A DNA stretch of 63,907 bases, filler included, from Thermoplasmatota archaeon (GTDB lineage: Archaea; Thermoplasmatota; E2; JACPAO01; JAHFTW01), in assembly GCA_041623215.1 (NCBI GenBank). It is 10 parts of 10 records of this genome, joined end to end, with 100 filler letters (N's around TTAATTAATTAA, not from the genome) between each part and the next. Parts side by side here need not be neighbours in the genome. Positions count along the whole stretch, not along the records: positions 20,069 to 26,510 come from JBFJXH010000100.1; positions 26,611 to 32,957 come from JBFJXH010000101.1; 8 more parts are not named here. The stretch is one strand, 5' to 3'. The translations under genes and the position numbers were made by a program. Positions 20,441-29,459 of this stretch are shown here, piece after piece. The notes below the pieces were generated by a model, which saw nothing but the letters and a program-made list of their open reading frames with translations, was not told the origin of the DNA and did no database searches. How positions within the stretch are numbered: position 1 is the first letter of the stretch; each line of letters starts with the position of its first letter.

Positions 20441-21088
20441 ATGGAGGTGCGCGACCTCGGCCGGATGGACTATGGCGAGTGCTTGCAGCTCCAGCGTCAG
20501 CTTCGCGACCAACGGCAACGCGGCGAGGGCAACGATGTGATTCTCGTCGTCGAACACCCGCCGGTTGCGACGCTTGGCCGGCGCGGCACGCCGGACCAGG
20601 TGTTTGACCCAACCTTACCTACCTACGTCATTGAGCGAGGGGGCGAAGCCACCTTCCACGCCCCGGGGCAACTGGTCGTGTATCCGATTGTGCGGCTCCG
20701 CGAGGGTGACCGTGATGTGCGTGCCTGGGTCCGTCACCTCGAGCTCTTCCTGATCGACGTGCTGGCGGAGTTCGGCATCCCCGCTGAGTCTCGTTCAGAG
20801 ACGCCAGGAGTTTGGACCACCGGGAGCGGCAAGAAAATTGCGAGTATCGGTATTGCCATCCAGCACTGGGTGTCGTTCCATGGGGTTGCGCTCAACGTAG
20901 ACCTCGATCTGTCGGGCTTTGAACGCATTGACCCCTGCGGCCTTGGCGCGGCGGTCATGACGAGCATGGCGGCCGAGGGCAAGTCGCCTGGCTTCCCGCA
21001 AGTCAAGCAACGAGTCTTGGAGCGCGCCGTCGAGCATTTTCAAGCATTTTCCTCTAATCGCACAGAATTGCACGTCAACGATAATTGA
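20441..21088 (+). CDS. lipB: Lipoyl(octanoyl) transferase
   Basis: EHPPVATLGR, RGGEATFHAPGQLVVYPI, KIASIG, FHGVALNV, IDPCG. Confidence 0.95.
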   Translation: MEVRDLGRMDYGECLQLQRQLRDQRQRGEGNDVILVVEHPPVATLGRRGTPDQVFDPTLPTYVIERGGEATFHAPGQLVVYPIVRLREGDRDVRAWVRHLELFLIDVLAEFGIPAESRSETPGVWTTGSGKKIASIGIAIQHWVSFHGVALNVDLDLSGFERIDPCGLGAAVMTSMAAEGKSPGFPQVKQRVLERAVEHFQAFSSNRTELHVNDN

Positions 21089-21220
21089 TGAATATTCTAG
21101 TGACTTTGGTCGGCAAATCGCGCTTGGGCGCATGCCCCTCGGCCAACCGACGTAAAAACGACCTTATTCCAAGCTTTGCGAGCGACGCGGAATAATGCTG
21201 CCCTGAGCGAATCTCGGTCA

Positions 21221-21240
21221 ATTTCCACTGGAAACCGGGG
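21221..21240. promoter_or_regulatory. ORB-like palindrome in recombinase promoter
   Basis: ATTTCCACTGGAAACCGGGG (minus strand GTTTCCAGTGGAAAT), just upstream of TATA-like CTTTAGA. Confidence 0.45.
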
Positions 21241-21275
21241 CCCTTTAGAGGGCGCCTTGGCTGCCAATGCATGGG

Positions 21276-22094
21276 ATGCCTACTCGAGTCGCGCTGTACA
21301 CCCGCGTTTCGACCGAGGACCAGGCGAAGGAAGGTTTCAGCCTGGATGCCCAGCTTGATCGGCTGCGTCTTTACGCCAAGGCCCAAGACTGGAACATAGC
21401 GGGGGAGTTCATCGACGAGGGCCACAGCGGACGCACGGTCAAGCGGCCTGCCTACCAAGCCATGCTTGACGCCATGGAGGACTGGGACACGCTTCTAGTC
21501 CTGAAGATGGACCGAATCCACAGGAATAGTCGCAACTTCATGGCAATGATGGATGCACTAACGCGCGCCGACAAGGGCTTTGCCAGTGTCACGGAGAGCT
21601 TGGATACCTCCACCGCCATGGGGCGCTTCGTCATGGATATCATTCAACGCATAGCCCAACTGGAATCTGAGCAGATTGGCGAGCGCGTCTACCTGGGCAT
21701 GGAACAGAAGGCGAAGACGCGCGGAGGCAGTCTAGGCCGGCCAGCACCCTTTGGCTACCGCTATGGCGACGAACGCCAGCTGGTGATTGATGAAGAAGAG
21801 CGGCCCTGGATTGAGCAAATCTTCCGGCGGTTTCGGGAGGGCCAGGGCAAGCAGGCGATTGCCGACTGGATGAACCAAGAGGGGCCTGCCACGCGCCGGG
21901 GCCGGCACTGGACGGTCTGGAACATTACGCACATCCTGACCAACCCTGTGTATGCGGGGGCGCTCCATTGGCAGGATCAGGTGCAGACTGATATGCATGC
22001 AGCGATCCTGCCCCCCCGGGACTTTGACGCGGTGCAGGAATTGATTCGCGCTACAAGTCCTAAGAGGCGCTTGGTCCGCCTGACGCGGCTGTAA
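21276..22094 (+). CDS. Serine recombinase (resolvase + recombinase domains, no zinc-ribbon domain)
   Basis: YTRVST (catalytic Ser), KMDRIHRN, DTSTAMGRF, APFGY, ILTNPVYAG. Confidence 0.93.
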   Translation: MPTRVALYTRVSTEDQAKEGFSLDAQLDRLRLYAKAQDWNIAGEFIDEGHSGRTVKRPAYQAMLDAMEDWDTLLVLKMDRIHRNSRNFMAMMDALTRADKGFASVTESLDTSTAMGRFVMDIIQRIAQLESEQIGERVYLGMEQKAKTRGGSLGRPAPFGYRYGDERQLVIDEEERPWIEQIFRRFREGQGKQAIADWMNQEGPATRRGRHWTVWNITHILTNPVYAGALHWQDQVQTDMHAAILPPRDFDAVQELIRATSPKRRLVRLTRL

Positions 22095-22114
22095 CAGGAG
22101 TGCACCCCCAATAG

Positions 22115-22148
22115 GCGTTTGATATATGGACTACCGTATGTCAAACGC
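22115..22148. repeat. 34-bp imperfect inverted repeat
   Basis: GCGTTTGATATATGG-ACTA-CCGTATGTCAAACGC; 13/15 arm matches, both mismatches are G:T. Confidence 0.8.
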
Positions 22149-22256
22149 ATTCTAGGCCGGTCGCGGGCGACCTTTATATATGGTGGCCCAGGCCGAGACA
22201 AAATCTGCCCGTATGCGCAAAAAATTGTGTGATTCTGATTAGCGCTGATTTTTCAG

Positions 22257-22589
22257 CTATTGGCGGAATTGCATGAATTCCACCTCGATGCGGCCCAAAA
22301 GGAAGTTTGCCACCAGAAGCAGGATGGTGAATCCCCCAGAAAGGCTGCCGGTGATGGTAGCCACCTGGGCCATCAGGCCGACGAAGCTCCCAGTCTCGGG
22401 CACATAGGCAAGAATCCCGGTGGCTACGAAGACGATGATGCCCATGGAGATGCCAACATGGCAAGCCGTGCGGATGGAGGCCCAAATGCCCAAGCGTCGG
22501 CGCCATCGCGCCACGCCAGGACCCTTGCGAGCCTTGGTCAAATCAAGAATTCGCCGATACCTGTTTTGAAGAAACCAGGGGGTGGCCAT
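22257..22589 (-). CDS. Hypothetical 2-TM membrane protein
   Basis: Basic N-terminus, two hydrophobic helices. Confidence 0.65.
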   Translation of the reverse strand: MATPWFLQNRYRRILDLTKARKGPGVARWRRRLGIWASIRTACHVGISMGIIVFVATGILAYVPETGSFVGLMAQVATITGSLSGGFTILLLVANFLLGRIEVEFMQFRQ

Positions 22590-22653
22590 GGCAGGGCAGG
22601 GTCAGACCTGCACAAAGATAGAGGGGGCTGAGGATGGGATTGTTTGGGTAGGG

Positions 22654-22722
22654 TTACGGCGATACGCGTTCAGTGTATTCCCACTCGTCCGTAACCACGC
22701 GGATCCAGGAATAGGCTTCCAC
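22654..22722 (-). CDS. Candidate small ORF, 22 aa (MEAYSWIRVVTDEWEYTERVSP)
   Basis: TTAAATA box at 22793-22799, GGGAGG 6 nt before GTG, C/T-rich tract after TAA. Confidence 0.55.
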   Translation of the reverse strand: MEAYSWIRVVTDEWEYTERVSP

Positions 22723-22905
22723 AATGGTCCTCCCGCCGCGATGGCCGGCCTCCCAACCGACGTCCCGCGGGAAGTTTCCAGCCCCTACGCCCTATTTAAG
22801 GGCTGGCAGGTGAAGCAACGCTTCGCTTGGAGCAGAGCTTTGCTGTTTAACAAATGCGGCGTATGCGCGAAACGCAGAATAGTCACCTAGTGAGCGATAT
22901 GCTAG

Positions 22906-25158
22906 CTATTTGCGCCACAAACGCCGGATGGAAGAGCGCGCTTGGCGCCGCGATTGTTGCAACATCGCATGGTAGTGACAGCGACCCGCCATCGGGCACC
23001 GAATGCACGCGGGTTGATCCTCGTGGCACGCGGTTGTTGCGATTTCTGCCAAGTCCCGCAGATGCGCATTAGCGTCCTTGCCGGCCCGTTCATGGGCTGC
23101 ACGAAGAAGTTCGAGGGTGGCGGCAGGGCTGTGGCCCTCAACAATGCCAAGGCGTGTGGCAACCCGATGAATGGACTGCGTCTCGGCTGCCGTTGGTGGC
23201 TTGGCCGGCGGTATGGGGGTTGGCGCCGGCATGGCCTTCGCCGCGCTTCCTTGGACATTAGGGCTGGATGCCATGGCTGGAGAAGGCGGGGTGGGCGCCG
23301 ATGCAAGCGCCGACGGCCTCAAGGGTTCTTGGGCGCGCTCGATTGGCTCCCTGGCGACAAACGTGACTGTCGGTGGCTCAATGTCGGTCACAGCCGCCTT
23401 CGCCTCGTCCTCCGGGCGCCCACGCGCGTGGTGAGGGCCATCCAGGAAGGAAACGGGCGTTACTTCGGTGGCCGTTGACTCTCGCAGGAGGTCTTCTGCC
23501 GCCCCCCTTGTGTCATCTTCCAAGGCCGCGACCCGCGCGCTGGACGCGGGCACCGACGGGAGCACCGTTAGCATATCCGGTTCGGAGTGTTGGGGGGTAT
23601 TGGGCACCTCGAGTGACGGCTTGGGTGTGTGCTGCTTGGCGGCCCTCTTTGGCACGGCGTTCCCGCCCAACCCTGGTGCCCCCACCACATCCACGGACAT
23701 ACCACCATGGCGGCTCTGACGCGGTCGTACGTCAACGTACACCGGCCTTGTGAGTCCACCCCCACTCACTAGGGCCGTACCCACGGGCAATCGCTGAATT
23801 TCATCCGCAGCATCACTGGTAATGCCCTCAATGCTCGCCGTTACCGCCTTGAGATCGTTTGGATTCGTCAATTTGAGAATAATCTGTGTGTTGCATTGTG
23901 ACAGCACATTTTTGTCTATTTTAGCAGGTCGCTGGCTAATAATGGCCAGCCCCAGGCCAAATTTGCGACCTTCACTTGCGATGGTGCGGATGATGCCGGT
24001 TGACAGTGCGTGGCCAACGCCCCGCTCCGGGCAGAAATTATGTGCTTCCTCGACCACCAATATATGGGGTGGAATATTGGCGAGCTTCCGTTCTTCCCAT
24101 AATAGTTGCGAGATACGGGTGGCGACTACTTCTTGCAGCTCAGGCGGCACCCCCCGCAGGTTGATGATGGTGCACCGGCCCGGCTGGACCAAATCGGCAA
24201 CGGACGTTCCTTTGACGGCAAATAGGCCGGTGGCCAGCAGGGCGTCCAAGGCAGCCACAACATTCCACTTGGCGTTGCTCTTGGCAAGAGACACGGCCTC
24301 ACGGACATCCTCAAGGCCATAGGCCGGCAGTTGCTCTGCTGTTTCTTTCACCGCTTGATACAGTAGCCCGAGCTGGCTGCTGGGTAGCTTGCCGGGTACC
24401 AAATCGGCGATCTCGCGGCCTTCCAAGTTGAGCCCTTCCAGGAGCAAGCGCTTCGCATCGGGGTTGGCAGTGGTATCGACGGCAAACTCCTGCACCTGCG
24501 ACTGAAAGGCCTTGGGCTTGATGGCAAAGCGCGCCATATCCTCGATATCACCTTCACTCAGGTTGGGGCTGCGAAGGCTGCCGTATTCGCCGTGCGGGTC
24601 GAGAATCACGAGCGGCACTTTGGCCTTGAGAAATTCCTCCAGGATTACGCCTACCGTGTAGGACTTGCCGGCACCGGTTTTTGCCAATACGCAGAGGTGC
24701 TTCTGGGCAAGGACATTCATCCCCAGGTTCACATTGAGCTGCCCGCCCTTAATCTTGCCAAGAAACGCGCCATCATGGCCCGCGTCGAGGCCGAGGACCG
24801 CACGGACAAGTCCTGGATCTGCCGCATAGGCGGGCTGACCGGGGGCAAAGGGCGTGCGCGGCAGTTGGACGCGCCCGCGCTCGTCCATCCATCCAATGAC
24901 GGCGACATCGGCCGATAGCTTGTCCGCGCTGGGATGATGGTTTGGTTCTTCTGCGACGTTCAAGGCTTCGTCGAAGCCCATGCTGGCATGACGCCGCACT
25001 TCCTGGACCTGACAAAGTACCCATTGGCCTCCGTGTTCGACTTGGATGTAGGCCAAGCGCGCAAGACTTCCGTCGGAGAGCGCTAGGGTAAATCGGTGGG
25101 CGGTCGCATCCCCGTAAATCGTGCCCACATGGCTGGCATCTACCATCGACTGATGCAT
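22906..25158 (-). CDS. HerA-like ATPase with C-terminal EndoIII-type 4Fe-4S module
   Basis: N-terminal HAS-barrel-like region, AKTGAGKS, VVEEAHNF, EGRKFG, SQRPAK, SQCNTQ; C-terminal C-x6-C-x2-C-x5-C. Confidence 0.9.
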   Translation of the reverse strand: MHQSMVDASHVGTIYGDATAHRFTLALSDGSLARLAYIQVEHGGQWVLCQVQEVRRHASMGFDEALNVAEEPNHHPSADKLSADVAVIGWMDERGRVQLPRTPFAPGQPAYAADPGLVRAVLGLDAGHDGAFLGKIKGGQLNVNLGMNVLAQKHLCVLAKTGAGKSYTVGVILEEFLKAKVPLVILDPHGEYGSLRSPNLSEGDIEDMARFAIKPKAFQSQVQEFAVDTTANPDAKRLLLEGLNLEGREIADLVPGKLPSSQLGLLYQAVKETAEQLPAYGLEDVREAVSLAKSNAKWNVVAALDALLATGLFAVKGTSVADLVQPGRCTIINLRGVPPELQEVVATRISQLLWEERKLANIPPHILVVEEAHNFCPERGVGHALSTGIIRTIASEGRKFGLGLAIISQRPAKIDKNVLSQCNTQIILKLTNPNDLKAVTASIEGITSDAADEIQRLPVGTALVSGGGLTRPVYVDVRPRQSRHGGMSVDVVGAPGLGGNAVPKRAAKQHTPKPSLEVPNTPQHSEPDMLTVLPSVPASSARVAALEDDTRGAAEDLLRESTATEVTPVSFLDGPHHARGRPEDEAKAAVTDIEPPTVTFVAREPIERAQEPLRPSALASAPTPPSPAMASSPNVQGSAAKAMPAPTPIPPAKPPTAAETQSIHRVATRLGIVEGHSPAATLELLRAAHERAGKDANAHLRDLAEIATTACHEDQPACIRCPMAGRCHYHAMLQQSRRQARSSIRRLWRK

Positions 25159-25247
25159 GGGCCAGCGCTTCTTGGACCTTCCCAGTCGAAACGGTGCTTC
25201 TCGTGCACGGGCGCCGGCCTCAGTCGGTGCCGGGGCGACGGCACTGC

Positions 25248-25496
25248 CTACTGAAGGCCTTCCAATTGGCCCATGACCTGGTACAGCACGGTGCGTCCAT
25301 ACATGGGCAGGTTGGGGTCGTTCGCCATCTCGTCAAGCGTGCTAATGGCCTTCGCCTTTCGGACGTCCAATGGCTCGGCGTCGCTTACTAGCAACGCTTT
25401 GGCAGACTCGGCGGCTTGCCGCACGTTGCGGGGCACCGTCGAATCTTCGATGAGCATTTCCAATCCGCCGATGATGTTGCCAAGAAGCGCTGCCAA
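25248..25496 (-). CDS. UPF0147 family protein
   Basis: EDSTVPRNVR, AISTLDEMANDPNLPMYGRT; TTG start after GGAGG. Confidence 0.85.
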   Translation of the reverse strand: MAALLGNIIGGLEMLIEDSTVPRNVRQAAESAKALLVSDAEPLDVRKAKAISTLDEMANDPNLPMYGRTVLYQVMGQLEGLQ

Positions 25497-25548
25497 GAGA
25501 TTCCCTCCAAGGGCCACCAGGGTAGCCGGAGCCGGCCACTTAGGGCCC

Positions 25549-26510
25549 CTATTGAACCGTTTCGGTGGCCCTGGGGGGTGGCACATAATCAACAATGGCT
25601 GCGATGGCCGCGGCGCGCGCGGCGCCAATCCCCTCGACCTCTCGTAGTTCTGATTCCGCGGCTTGGAAAACCGCTCGAACTGAGCCAAATCGGTCCAGCA
25701 GCCGCCGGGCCAGGACGCCTGAAATGTCCGGCAGTCCAGCTAGGATAAACAGGGAACGCTCCAAGTCATCCATGGGCCCAGGACCTGGCCGAATGGCAAC
25801 AGGACGGCCTTGTCGTCCCTGCTCCCGCCGAGCCACGGCAAGGAGCCAGGCGCTCGTCTCGTCGGCATTCCGTGTCTGCACGACGGGAATTCCGAAGTCC
25901 ACCGTCAGGCTGGCCAATGCTCCCGTGATGGCGTCTGGATGGAGGCCCCGGCCGGCGCCCGGCGACTCTCCTTCCAAGATGATGATGGGCTTCGGGTAGG
26001 TCGCCAGGGCTTTGGCTTGGGCAAAAAGCCGCCCGTCAAGCAGGCTTTCCACCAAGTCGTCACAGCTCTTGCGCTCCACGGCTACTCGGTCTGACAGAAT
26101 GTAATCCCCCACCTCCAGGGTTCGCGTTTCGATGCTAGCCCCGGCTGCGTGGAGCCGACGGACGACGCCCCCTGCCTGCTCGCGGCTGTCACATACGATG
26201 CGTGGACCGCCCGCACCCGTCGCCTCGGTGCTGTCCTTGTTGGCGCCCATCGAAGCGGCTTGGTTGGCCGGCACGCCGGCGCTCGGGCTGCTTGGGCGGG
26301 AGGGTGCCTCTGGCGACGAGAGTTGCGTCTGACGCCCCCGCGCATCGCTTGGGGCCGGGGCACCTGCCATCTCTTGCCCAGCGACCCCGGCTCCCGTTTG
26401 CAGGCGATAGCGCAGCGACTGAAGCTCCTGGATCATTTTCTGTTCCTTTCGTTTGGCTATCCAGTGGGCGCCCTCATCGGCCGTTCCTTTGGTCATGAGA
26501 ATGACCACCC
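25549..26510 (-). CDS. hef: Hef helicase-nuclease C-terminal part (ERCC4 + HhH2), 5' truncated
   Basis: ILMTKGT.DE helicase tail, DSRE, GDY, VERKSCDD, GRLFAQ, VEGIG. Confidence 0.88.
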
Positions 26511-26610
26511 NNNNNNNNNNNNNNNNNNNNNNNNNNNNNNNNNNNNNNNNNNNNTTAATTAATTAANNNNNNNNNNNNNNNNNNNNNNNNNNNNNNNNNN
26601 NNNNNNNNNN

Positions 26611-27713
26611 ACATGCCATGTATCTCCAGGATAGGGCGTGCAGGATGCATCCGCATCCCACGAAAATCCCATGATGTGGACGTAGTCGTTCCAGTCTGCA
26701 TGAGGCCCATCGATGCAGGAATCGTGGTCGAGTCCCATGACATGGCCCAATTCGTGGATGGCGATACGCATTCCTGCATTCGCAACGCCGTAGGTGTAGA
26801 AGTTGAAGTAGAATGGTTCGACGGCAGAACCAGTCAAAACTTCAGGCCCGTATCCATTGGCGATGCCGGCTGGCGTATTGATTTTTCCCATCCCCATAAC
26901 GGCCACGATATCCGAATCATGATCCGTGAATCCCGATTCGTAGTCGCGCAGGGCTAGAAGTTCCAACCGAGAACCAATGTTTCCATCCAATCCGTGCTGG
27001 CTGGGCACTGGGCCACTCCAGACGATACAGAAGTTGGTGTTGGGGTGGCGCGTGTGCTTCGCGTACTCCCCATCCGCGCGGGCGGCGATGAAATTGTAAA
27101 ACCAACTGATTTGCTTGTCGCGTTCGTCTGGGTAATCGAGGTCTGAATCGTAGTAGACCGAAATTCGGATTGCCGTCTCGGGATTGTAGCCAGTTGCATC
27201 AGCGCGCTCATACACGCATTGTGTGTAATCTGGAGCTGCGGCTGCTTGCATTGTAGCGGTTGAATTGTCCCCTTCGGTGGCAGTCGTCGCTCCGTTCTCT
27301 TCCGAGGGGGATGATGCACTTGTTCCCGAAATGGCTTGTTGCACCTGGCGGGTGTATTCGGCCCGGACATCATCTTCATCGGGCAGGAGGTTGGTCTGAA
27401 GGTATGTCTCCGCCAGGCTATGGAAGACAGCGGTCACCAATGAAGGGTCCGCGCAGTACTCGCGAACCTGCAGGACGGCTCCATAGATGCTGTGTGTCCG
27501 GAGTGTCGGAACGCCCACGCATGTCTCAAGGGCCATGATAATGTGGTTGAGGAGGGCCTCCTCTTTGTCTCCCGGGTCCAGGAGGATGGCCGCCACAGAC
27601 TGCTCATGTTCTGAGTCGAAATCCGCAGGATCCACGACATCTGTGGCGGTTATGGATACGGTGGGGGCCGCAACCACAATCAGGAGGAAGCATGCGGCGA
27701 ACAGGGCGCGCAT
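26611..27713 (-). CDS. Secreted zinc metalloprotease (metzincin), 3' truncated
   Basis: Signal peptide; HELGHVMGLDHD and downstream HIMG Met-turn. Confidence 0.85.
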
Positions 27714-28131
27714 GCTTAAAGGAAAGGCCAGGGGTATAATGGCCTTTTGTGCTGCTCAGTGGCGAAGGCTGGCCGTGCCCTCATCTGGGGCTGCCGTGCG
27801 ACCTGCGAGGGTTTGCCTTTGACAAGTGCCACTTCGACATCCCCCACCGTGCGGGCGCCTTCCTATGGTGAAATGGCGACCACGGCTTCGACCCCTACCC
27901 CATGGCGGAGTTGAACTTGGAGCGCGGTCACGAGGCCGACGCGGGTGCCCCGCGCGTCCTCGCCAAGCGTTGCATGACGGCATTCCAGCGGGGCACCGTC
28001 CTCACCGGGCACCTCGACCAGAAGTTCATGGAGATCGGCGCCGAACGGTCGAACTGACCCGCGCGCCGACGCGCGCGGAGGCGCGTCGGGTCGAGTGATT
28101 TGTTATCTCGTAGGTTCGACTGGGGCGGGGA

Positions 28132-29244
28132 TCATGCGCCAGCGGCTACTAGGTCCTCAATTTCGAGAGCGCGGGATGCGCTCAAGCCCAACCGGTGCCG
28201 GACGCTCTTGAGAACCTGGCGCTCCTTAGTGCCCACGCTTCCATCCGAGTATGCAATCTCGATTTGTTCACGGTAGAAGGCTTCTCGTTCTCTGGAGGAC
28301 ATCTTGGTCCCATCTCTTCCAGCTGGAATGGCCAGGTCTGCCGCCCGTTCAGCCAATTTTTGCAACGGGCCGAGAGCAAAGAACAGGCCCCCTGCTGCGA
28401 GGCCGGCAGCGGCCAGCCCCCATGAGGATGCCGCAAATTCACTGACAATGGTTTGCACGCCGACGAAGACTGCCACGAAAATGCTCGCGATGGTCGTCCG
28501 GCTCAGGCTAAAGTGGAATTTACGTTCGAGGTCAAGCGCCCGCCCGGTGAGGACAGAGTAAACCAACATTGGAAGGAACACCAGAATCAAGACAAGGTTT
28601 CCTCCTACCAGCAAGTAGGTCTCGACCGCAACTGCCAATTGCACGGGGGCCAGCCAGAAGAACCCGGCACTGACGCCGAAGAAAACTGCCATTGTGATGT
28701 CGTGCGAAATGAAGGCCAAGAGGTATGCATTCGCTCGACGTCGTGCAACGGAGCCCGCGACGGTTTGGCGGCGCCCTCGCCAAACAATTGCAAGAATCAG
28801 CACCGACACCACGACGAAGCCGCCCGCCTGAATACTGGTGGCAATCTCGTGCCGCCAGGGCCCAAAGTAATAGCTGAAGTAGTTCAACAAGCCGAGGCCA
28901 AGGCCGAGAGTGATGGCCCCGGCCAGGCGCCTTGGTCGCCATCTCGTGTTTTCTGGAGCAGCCATGGCCACGGCCAGGTAGAGCCAAGCAGCGGCGGCAA
29001 CGCCAATCATAACTCGCATCGGCGCAACGACCGCCCACGCGGGCGACTCGGTGGTAACGTGGCCTCGTTGGTAGAGAATCGTCAACAAAGCAAAGCCGCC
29101 CCAAAAAAGAAGCGTGCTAAGTGAAAACCAAGCGAACGCGATGTTGGTACGCGAGCGGCTAGACGACAAAAGTGCCATGCCGATTACGAACAGGATTGCG
29201 ACGTAAATCGCCGCGAGCACGCCTGCCAATAATCGCCAGTCCAC
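28132..29244 (-). CDS. Polytopic membrane protein (HisKA_7TM-like N-terminus) with C-terminal TerB-like module
   Basis: RSRTNIAFAWF, PLQKLAERAAD, AYSDGSVGTKERQVLKSVRHRLGLS. Confidence 0.75.
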   Translation of the reverse strand: MDWRLLAGVLAAIYVAILFVIGMALLSSSRSRTNIAFAWFSLSTLLFWGGFALLTILYQRGHVTTESPAWAVVAPMRVMIGVAAAAWLYLAVAMAAPENTRWRPRRLAGAITLGLGLGLLNYFSYYFGPWRHEIATSIQAGGFVVVSVLILAIVWRGRRQTVAGSVARRRANAYLLAFISHDITMAVFFGVSAGFFWLAPVQLAVAVETYLLVGGNLVLILVFLPMLVYSVLTGRALDLERKFHFSLSRTTIASIFVAVFVGVQTIVSEFAASSWGLAAAGLAAGGLFFALGPLQKLAERAADLAIPAGRDGTKMSSREREAFYREQIEIAYSDGSVGTKERQVLKSVRHRLGLSASRALEIEDLVAAGA

Positions 29245-29459
29245 ACTTGGGGACTGAACCCACCTATGAAAGCGGTGGCGAAAGCAGTCAATCCATCATG
29301 GTTGGGGTAATTGGCTGCGGCGGCGGGCATGCTGGCCACCGGCGAGATAACTTGTTATTCACCGGAAACCCAGGAGCAACTTCGCGCTTTCCTCTGTTGT
29401 ATTCCGAGGCGTGATATACCGCCAGTCCCCCGGCGCAGGCCACGGCCCGTGCAGTTACC

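Noticed and set aside
21086..21206. TGATGA/CTGA as a C/D box sRNA
   Set aside because: Boxes too far apart, no internal C'/D' boxes, and TGA is the lipB stop
20069..26510. Prophage/integrative element or HerA-based defence island
   Set aside because: Neighbours are housekeeping genes; no att repeats, capsid, replication, Sir2 or DUF4297 partner seen
27902..28057. 51-aa ORF MAELNLERGHE... in the 27.7-28.1 kb intergenic gap
   Set aside because: No clear promoter/SD or recognisable motif; may be a remnant but cannot be supported
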